Source: Ktedonobacterales bacterium (GTDB lineage: Bacteria > Chloroflexota > Ktedonobacteria > Ktedonobacterales > JADMIN01). Taken from it: DNA of 40,620 nucleotides. Under the pieces are notes generated by a model, which ran no database searches, was not told where the DNA came from, and saw only the letters and a program-made list of their open reading frames with translations. The position numbers were made by a program, and so were the translations under genes. The DNA lies in contig DASVOW010001113.1 in the NCBI GenBank assembly GCA_036383155.1, positions 1 to 40,620 on the forward strand, read 5' to 3'. Positions within the stretch are counted from its first letter, which is position 1. Every line of letters starts with the position of its first letter. This document shows, piece by piece, positions 34,941 through 40,620 of this stretch.

Positions 34941-35028
34941 GCCAAAGTGGTGGAATTGGTAGACACGCAACGTTCAGGGCGTTGTGCGGTTCACCCGCGT
35001 GGGGGTTCGAGTCCCCCCTTTGGCACCA
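34941..35028 (+). tRNA. tRNA-Leu (anticodon CAG), CCA encoded
   Basis: Type II tRNA: acceptor GCCAAAG/CTTTGGC, anticodon arm CAACG-TTCAGGG-CGTTG, long variable arm, T-arm GGGGG-TTCGAGT-CCCCC, discriminator A plus CCA. It closely resembles E. coli tRNA-Leu(CAG). Confidence 0.93.
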
Positions 35029-35029
35029 T

Positions 35030-35122
35030 GGAAGGGTCGCATAGTAGGTCTAGTGCGGCGGTTTGCTAAACCGCTGGAGGGGGTTTCCCCTCCCGTGGGT
35101 TCGAATCCCACCCCTTCCGCCA
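35030..35122 (+). tRNA. tRNA-Ser (anticodon GCT), CCA encoded
   Basis: Type II tRNA: acceptor GGAAGGG/CCCTTCC, anticodon arm GCGGT-TTGCTAA-ACCGC, 20-nt variable arm (GGAGGGG-GTTT-CCCCTCC), T-arm GTGGG-TTCGAAT-CCCAC, discriminator G plus CCA. Confidence 0.9.
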
Positions 35123-35125
35123 CAG

Positions 35126-35156
35126 AAAACCCGCTCGTCGAGCGGGTTTTCTTTTG
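35126..35156 (+). terminator. rho-independent terminator after the tRNA pair
   Basis: AAAA-CCCGCTC-GTC-GAGCGGG-TTTTCTTTTG: a 7-bp GC stem with a 3-nt loop and a strong T-tract. Confidence 0.8.
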
Positions 35157-35340
35157 CTTGCCATCATGAGCTAACCCATCGATTAGTGCCTGTCACGCCC
35201 CCAAACTTGGCATACACCCTTTCGTTGCCTGATGTGACACAATGCTCCTGGCATGCTATATTAGGTGCCACTTTGACTGCTTTCAGCGATCAGAAGCCGT
35301 ATCGCAGGCGGCTGGCCGATCAATCCGCTTTGGAGGGTGT

Positions 35341-36687
35341 ATGCGTACCCGTTCGATTCACCTACCAATGGTGACAGTTCTCTTGCTTGCACTGGGACTC
35401 ACGCTCACGCTCGCGCTCGGTTCTGCCTTGCTCCCGCGCCCCGCTGGTGCGACATCTCCGCCTGGTAGGCCAGGCTTCACAACCCAGACGCGTTTGGGTT
35501 TCATTGCCGGAGATGACTGGGAACCAGCGATTGCGACGGACCGCTATGGACATGTCTACGCACTGTATAAGCACTATGACCTGGCAGGACAGACGAGTTG
35601 CTCCTCATGCGACCAGCATCTGATCCTGCAAGTATCGGGTGACCGCGGCACGACCTGGAGCCAGCCACACGCCATTGATCCCGAGGTTGTGCAGGGCGGA
35701 CAATATGATTCGCAGATCGCCGTCGATCCAGTGGATGGCAAGACGGTCTGGGCTGCCTTCCTGCAGAAGAGCAAATCGTCCATCGCAATCATGAAATCTA
35801 CTGACTTTGGGCAAACCTGGAGTGGGCCAACTATCATCGAGAATCTCCAGCGCGCAACGGACAAAGACATTTTGGCTGTGCGCGGTGCAACTGTCGCCGT
35901 GGCGTACAACGCCGTACAAAAGGTCTACGCTGCAATCTCACACGATGGCGGCCAGACCTGGAGCAACACGCTTGTTAGCGACGGCAGCGACCAGCTTGGC
36001 TGGTCGCTCGGAGGTGGTGGTGGCATCGATTCGCAGGGTAACATCTATTTCGGCTTCGACGGGTACACCCAGAATGGCCAGGCAAAAGGTCCGGTAAACC
36101 TGTGGACCAGCGTCTCGCACGATGGTGGCGCCACCTGGCTATTGAGAAAAGTCGGCGTCAGCGGTGCACCGTACCCCTGTAACAATTGTGGATTCGCCTT
36201 CCTGGGCGCGGCGATCTCGATGGCGATTGGAAGCGATGATACCGCATATATTCTGTGGAACGCGACAGTGGACCAAACGGATTATGCGCCAGAGCGCATC
36301 TATTTCGCCAAATCGACTGACCATGGTGCGACCTTCTCGGTACGGCAAGATGTCTCGCTGGCACCGCAGGGCGTAGAGCATGCATTCCCTGCGATTACCA
36401 CAGGAACTATCGCAGGCGACGTGCGAGTAGGCTGGACCGACACACGCATCAGCGGCAGTTGGAACGTCTGGTATCGGTCCAGCACTGATGGCGGGGCGAC
36501 ATGGAGCGGCGAGACACGCATCTCCGGCTATGTGCCGGGCTATAACTACCTCATGGCCAACGGCTTTGGCCTACCCTATGGTGACTACTTCGAGATGGAC
36601 GTGGACAGCGCCAATGTCACGCAGATAGTTTGGGGCGAGTCAAGTAGTTATGCAGGACCAGGCAACATCTGGACCGTGCACAACTAG
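35341..36687 (+). CDS. secreted BNR/Asp-box repeat protein (sialidase / exo-alpha-sialidase-like beta-propeller)
   Basis: ORF 35242..36687 trimmed to ATG 35341, with GGAGGG upstream. Signal-peptide-like N-terminus. Six Asp-box repeats: SGDRGTTWS, STDFGQTWS, SHDGGQTWS, SHDGGATW, STDHGATFS, STDGGATWS. Confidence 0.85.
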   Translation: MRTRSIHLPMVTVLLLALGLTLTLALGSALLPRPAGATSPPGRPGFTTQTRLGFIAGDDWEPAIATDRYGHVYALYKHYDLAGQTSCSSCDQHLILQVSGDRGTTWSQPHAIDPEVVQGGQYDSQIAVDPVDGKTVWAAFLQKSKSSIAIMKSTDFGQTWSGPTIIENLQRATDKDILAVRGATVAVAYNAVQKVYAAISHDGGQTWSNTLVSDGSDQLGWSLGGGGGIDSQGNIYFGFDGYTQNGQAKGPVNLWTSVSHDGGATWLLRKVGVSGAPYPCNNCGFAFLGAAISMAIGSDDTAYILWNATVDQTDYAPERIYFAKSTDHGATFSVRQDVSLAPQGVEHAFPAITTGTIAGDVRVGWTDTRISGSWNVWYRSSTDGGATWSGETRISGYVPGYNYLMANGFGLPYGDYFEMDVDSANVTQIVWGESSSYAGPGNIWTVHN

Positions 36688-36703
36688 CTATGCCATTTGA
36701 CAT

Positions 36704-36749
36704 GATACACACTCAGGCGGGAGCAAGCGCTCCCGCCTGAGTGTGTATC
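36704..36749. terminator. long perfect stem-loop between convergent BNR gene and pyrG
   Basis: GATACACACTCAGGCGGGAGC / GCTCCCGCCTGAGTGTGTATC forms a 21-bp perfect stem with a 4-nt loop. There is no U-tract on either side. Confidence 0.5.
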
Positions 36750-36765
36750 AGAGATGCGTGTGCGA

Positions 36766-38502
36766 TCAGGCTTGCTGCGCGGCGACGCCGCCACTGAGGG
36801 CACCAGTCGCGTGCGTATCGTGCCCGTTGGCTATCGGAGTAGCCTCGCTCTGCTTGGCGGAGGCGAGTCTGCCAGTGGCAGCCTCGGCGTTGAGACCCGC
36901 ACGGCGGGCGGACGCGGTGATGAAGTCGCGGAAGAGTGGATGTGGACGTGTGGGGCGGCTCTTGAATTCCGGGTGGAACTGTGTGCCAACGAACCACGGG
37001 TGATCTTTGACCTCCGCGATTTCAATCAGGCTGCCATCCGCTGAGCGCCCACTGAGCATCATCCCAGCGGCCTCCATCTGGCGCCGGTAGCTGTTGTTAA
37101 ACTCGTAGCGGTGGCGGTGGCGCTCGAAGATGATTGATTGGCCGTAAGCAGCCTCGGCTTTGCTGCCGGAAGCGAGGCAACAGACCCATTGACCCAGCCG
37201 CATCGTCCCACCTTTGTCGGCGATATTGCGCTGGCTCACCATCAGATCGATCACCTTATTGTGTGACTCGGGATTGAACTCGGAGCTGTTTGCATCGGCT
37301 AGGCCCAGCACGTTACGCGCAAACTCGACAACCGCGACCTGCATACCCAGACAGAGGCCAAGATAGGGGATATTGCGCGTGCGGGCAAGTTGTGCCGCCT
37401 TGATTTTGCCCTCGATACCGCGATGGCCGAAGCCACCCGGCACGACGATGCCATCGACAGAAGCCAGCAGAGGCTCGAACTCATCCCATGCGCTTTCCAA
37501 TATCTCGGAGTTGACCCACTCGATCTGAACATCGACGCCATTGGCCCAGGAGGCATGGTTGAGCGCCTCAACCACCGAAAGATAGGCGTCGTGGAGCGCC
37601 ACATACTTGCCAACAAGAGCAATGCGAACGACTGGCTTCTCAGTCTCGATACGGCTCACCAATTCGCGCCACTCATCCAGCTGGGCAGGCTGCGCCGACT
37701 CGATGCGCAACGTCTCGACGATGTAGTCGCCCAGGCCAGCACCCTCAAGCATCAGCGGTACCTCATAGATGCTGTCAGCTGTCACCAAAGGGATCACCGC
37801 CCGGCGCTGGATGTTGCAGAAGAGGGCAATCTTCTCGCGGATCTCGTCACTCACCGGGTAGTCGGAGCGGCAGAGGATTACATCAGGTTGGATACCAGCA
37901 CGTAGCAGTTCCTTGACGCTATGCTGTGTCGGCTTTGTCTTGAGTTCTTTGGTGGCGCCAATGTAAGGGAGCAGGGTCACATGCAGATAGAGAACATCGT
38001 CACGCCCGACCTCTGTGCGCATCTGACGGATAGCTTCGAGGAAAGGCTCACCCTCAATGTCGCCGACAGTACCGCCGACCTCACATATCACTACGTCAGC
38101 CCCACTGGTGCGAGCCAGTGAGTGGATGCGCTCCTTGATCTCGTTTGTGATATGCGGGATGACCTGAATCGTACCGCCAAGGTACTCGCCGCGCCGCTCT
38201 TTAGCGATTACAGAGGCGTAGACCTGGCCAGTGGTAACATTGCTGGCCTGCGTCGTCGCCTCGTCGGTGAAGCGCTCGTAGTGGCCTAGATCGAGGTCGG
38301 TCTCTGCGCCATCATCGGTGACGAAGACCTCGCCATGCTGGTATGGCGACATGGTGCCAGGGTCTACATTGATGTATGGGTCAAGCTTCATAATCGCCAC
38401 AGAGAGTCCGCGGCTCTTGAGCAACCGCCCGATCGAGGCAACAGCGATGCCTTTACCAACCGAAGACGCGACGCCACCAGTTACAAACATAAATTTCGCC
38501 AT
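36766..38502 (-). CDS. pyrG: CTP synthase
   Basis: ORF 36766..38523 trimmed to ATG 38502, with GGGGAG 6 nt upstream. Begins [32 protein letters not shown]...[40 protein letters not shown]-terminal glutamine amidotransferase domain ([15 protein letters not shown]), plus a ~40-aa low-complexity C-terminal tail. Confidence 0.95.
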   Translation of the reverse strand: MAKFMFVTGGVASSVGKGIAVASIGRLLKSRGLSVAIMKLDPYINVDPGTMSPYQHGEVFVTDDGAETDLDLGHYERFTDEATTQASNVTTGQVYASVIAKERRGEYLGGTIQVIPHITNEIKERIHSLARTSGADVVICEVGGTVGDIEGEPFLEAIRQMRTEVGRDDVLYLHVTLLPYIGATKELKTKPTQHSVKELLRAGIQPDVILCRSDYPVSDEIREKIALFCNIQRRAVIPLVTADSIYEVPLMLEGAGLGDYIVETLRIESAQPAQLDEWRELVSRIETEKPVVRIALVGKYVALHDAYLSVVEALNHASWANGVDVQIEWVNSEILESAWDEFEPLLASVDGIVVPGGFGHRGIEGKIKAAQLARTRNIPYLGLCLGMQVAVVEFARNVLGLADANSSEFNPESHNKVIDLMVSQRNIADKGGTMRLGQWVCCLASGSKAEAAYGQSIIFERHRHRYEFNNSYRRQMEAAGMMLSGRSADGSLIEIAEVKDHPWFVGTQFHPEFKSRPTRPHPLFRDFITASARRAGLNAEAATGRLASAKQSEATPIANGHDTHATGALSGGVAAQQA

Positions 38503-38696
38503 GTCACGCTCCCCTGAGTCCACTGTGTCTTGCTACGTCCCTTTGCAGATGTTCCGCTATTGGGTCGTCTTGCTCTAGATAACGAGTCGTTGGTTGTATT
38601 TGCGTCGTATCCCGCTCCGCTCAGGTATATCGCGCGAGCCGCCATGCGTTGCTTTCAGTGTCGCAACATATGGGGGCATTCGCGCTGGCAAAGCCG

Positions 38697-38733
38697 GAGG
38701 GGCTAGTACCCCTATTGTGAGTCTAGCCCCTCC
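38697..38733 (-). terminator. stem-loop downstream of the MBL hydrolase gene, in the pyrG upstream region
   Basis: GGAGGGGCTAG / CTAGCCCCTCC forms an 11-bp stem with a 15-nt loop. On the minus strand it is followed by GGCTTTGCC, which is a weak U-run. Confidence 0.4.
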
Positions 38734-38758
38734 TCTCTTCGACTGTTAGCTGCGGTGG

Positions 38759-39406
38759 TTATCCCCGATACGTCAACAGCGTTACTTGTGTCTCTGTTGG
38801 CAAGGTCGCTTTGGTAATGACCAGCTTAGGTTGTGGATCAGAGACCTCCACTCCCATCTCGTGACAGAATTTGTCTACTCCATCCAGCGGCTCGCCACTC
38901 GGCTTATATGCAGGCGTGGCATAGTGCATCGGTACGATCAGCCGTGGCTCGATCTGCGCGATGACTTCGACTGCACGCTCGGCATCCAGCGCATTGCCGC
39001 CGCCGACTGGCACCAGCAACACATCCGCACCATTGAGTGCCTCTTGGGAACGGTCGTCGAGAAGATCGCCCAGGTCACCCAGGTGACAGATCTGCACGTC
39101 GTCCATCGTTATGAGGTAAGCGGTATTGCGCCCGAGGCGCTTGCCGCGCTCGCGGTCGTGATAGGTCTGCACGCCCGTGATGAGGATCTGTTGGATCTCG
39201 TACTCGCCCGGCCCCTCGACTACCTTTGGATCGCCGCCAACACCTTTGACATAGTTATGCCCGAGATGGGGATGGCTAATAGTGACGATGTCGGCAGTGA
39301 TGCGACCGAGGCTGTACCCGGTTGCAGGTGAGGGGGGATCTGTGATGAGCGTGGCATCTTTCCCACGCAGGCGGAAGCACGAATGCCCCAGCCATGTCAA
39401 TTCCAT
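38759..39406 (-). CDS. MBL-fold metal-dependent hydrolase (UPF0173-like)
   Basis: ORF 38759..39580 trimmed to ATG 39406 (MELTWLGHSCFRLRGKDATLITDP). Contains the metal-binding motif ISHPHLGHNY and later HLGDLG and VPMHY. Confidence 0.85.
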   Translation of the reverse strand: MELTWLGHSCFRLRGKDATLITDPPSPATGYSLGRITADIVTISHPHLGHNYVKGVGGDPKVVEGPGEYEIQQILITGVQTYHDRERGKRLGRNTAYLITMDDVQICHLGDLGDLLDDRSQEALNGADVLLVPVGGGNALDAERAVEVIAQIEPRLIVPMHYATPAYKPSGEPLDGVDKFCHEMGVEVSDPQPKLVITKATLPTETQVTLLTYRG

Positions 39407-39742
39407 GCGTTTCTCTTCTGACGGTGGTCGGGCTTCATTCAATATGTCAGGCGGGGTCTCGCCAGCGTCTCCGCCACCGTGCCCCGCCCTGCCTGATAGT
39501 GTATCACATGACCTTATGCATCCACAAGGCACAGGACTCACTAATCGGGATACCTGAAGCATCGGAGGAACAGGAGCCAATGGGCCAAAGAGATGTTTAG
39601 CTCTAACTACAAGAACAACAGCTCTGGTTGCGACAGAGTGCTACCATTGTGGGATGCGGCGGGGGCGTGCTAGAATTGCATGTTGCGGCGTGTGAGAGCA
39701 GCCCACGAGGTGAGCGGGAAGCCTGGAGAGGAGCGCAAAGTC

Positions 39743-40620
39743 ATGGCGCGGGAAAAGCGGCGAGGACAACACCGGCACGAGGCACGGCGGACGACGCCTC
39801 AACGCGAACGCGAGGCCAAGGTGCAACTCTCGGCGGAGCAGCAGGCGCAGATCGAGGCACAGATTGGCGCTCTCGGTACACTGGCAGAGATGTTGCGCGA
39901 GGCGCAGGCTGAGGGTCGCGAGGCGGTTGTAGGCAAGCTCGACCCAATCCGCACGCTGTCTGATGATGTGGCTTTGACCTTTGCGCAACGGTTGGGGGAG
40001 CAGCGTGGGTCGACCGCACGCGACGCGGCAGATGTGGCACAGGCGATAGGCGAGCTCGATATGCGCAAGGAGGTTGCCCGGGAGGCAAGGCGCTCACGCA
40101 TCCGGTTGCGCTCCATTGGGACGTTGCCTTCATTTGTGATCCCATTGCCCGCTGGGGCTGCGTCCACGGCCGTTACTCCCACAACGATCAGCACACGTGC
40201 ACAGGCTACCGACATAACAGTGCCAACAGGTCCAATATTCGCTGAGGGATTCGCCACACGCACTCGCGAGCAAGGCGAGATCACGTTGCTGATGGGATGG
40301 CAGGAAGGACAGGATCCCAACTTTCTGCGGGGCCAACTGCTGCAATTGAGTTTCTGGCGCGAGGGGGTCGAACATTTCGAGCAACTGGACGCGATGAGTC
40401 GAAGTCGCTTTCATACTGATGTGGTGGATGGGCTGCGCAGCGAGTCGGAGCGAGAACTAGTTCCGCTCACCTGGGCACAGGCGCGGCGCCTGATGCTGGA
40501 AGCGCTGGCGGTGAATGAATGGCGCGACATAGAGCCGGATGCTGGATTTCAGCGATATCGCACTCAGATGACGCAGCGCCTCCTTGGCGAGCCAGAGGAT
40601 GAGGCAGCTAGAATAGCTAT
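39743..40620 (+). CDS. hypothetical protein, 3'-partial (runs off the window)
   Basis: Hand-translated open frame from ATG 39743 (GGAGAGGAG SD at 39725-39733) to the window end, 292 codons with no stop (MAREKRRGQHRHEARR...LSFWREGVEHFEQLD...). It is missing from the ORF track because it has no stop. No family recognised. Confidence 0.5.
   Translation, partial: MAREKRRGQHRHEARRTTPQREREAKVQLSAEQQAQIEAQIGALGTLAEMLREAQAEGREAVVGKLDPIRTLSDDVALTFAQRLGEQRGSTARDAADVAQAIGELDMRKEVAREARRSRIRLRSIGTLPSFVIPLPAGAASTAVTPTTISTRAQATDITVPTGPIFAEGFATRTREQGEITLLMGWQEGQDPNFLRGQLLQLSFWREGVEHFEQLDAMSRSRFHTDVVDGLRSESERELVPLTWAQARRLMLEALAVNEWRDIEPDAGFQRYRTQMTQRLLGEPEDEAARIA

Noticed and set aside
34984-35374. ORFs 34984..35169 and 35063..35374.
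   Set aside because: They run through tRNA-Leu, tRNA-Ser and the terminator, so they are not coding.
39799-40320. 173-aa and 134-aa minus-strand ORFs near the right edge.
   Set aside because: They are shadows of the longer plus-strand frame that is open from ATG 39743 (with SD) to the window end.

Overview
GC-rich bacterial chromosomal window. I see no rRNA, CRISPR, transposase, integrase or phage hallmarks. By my reading it holds about 33 intact protein-coding genes, two pseudogenes (a decayed ABC-2 exporter) and three tRNAs: Val-CAC alone, and Leu-CAG plus Ser-GCT as an abutting pair.

Content is mixed. Housekeeping genes include lipA, pyrG, an nrtR-pncA NAD-salvage module, aldehyde dehydrogenase, aldo/keto reductase, a GH3 NagZ-like enzyme, a DUF2419/QNG1-like queuosine salvage protein and an MBL hydrolase. 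Signalling and envelope genes include a cytoplasmic GAF-PAS-GAF histidine kinase followed by a Methyltransf_16-like methyltransferase, an orphan CheY-like receiver, a sigma-70-family factor with a translationally coupled partner, an HTH-GAF regulator, a TetR regulator, a GT39-like membrane glycosyltransferase, a BNR/sialidase-like secreted protein and several membrane proteins with Pro/Thr or Pro/Gln low-complexity linkers. The protein style (PT linkers, KGG stress protein, long low-complexity N-termini) suggests a Chloroflexota/Ktedonobacteria-like organism, but that is a weak inference only.

The ORF track uses GTG/TTG starts and often over-extends N-termini. I trimmed starts to the first start codon with a Shine-Dalgarno-like purine run. 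One long ORF open at the right edge (39743 onward) is absent from the track.

I do not see a clear-cut new multi-gene system such as a defence island or biosynthetic cluster. The least-explained signals are:
- a 0.75-kb gene-free region upstream of tRNA-Val with three different short tandem arrays, including 12 same-strand GGCAA pentamers at roughly helical-turn spacing;
- an ABC-2 exporter operon that is 5'-truncated, frameshifted and nonsense-mutated right next to a sigma-factor module;
- a roughly 78-aa Pro-rich insertion inside the ATPase domain of the histidine kinase, which is followed 10 nt later by a lysine-methyltransferase-like gene and has no adjacent response regulator;
- a shared ~30-nt motif upstream of two unlinked zinc-ribbon-containing genes.

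All family assignments come from motif recognition by eye and need HMM/BLAST confirmation.
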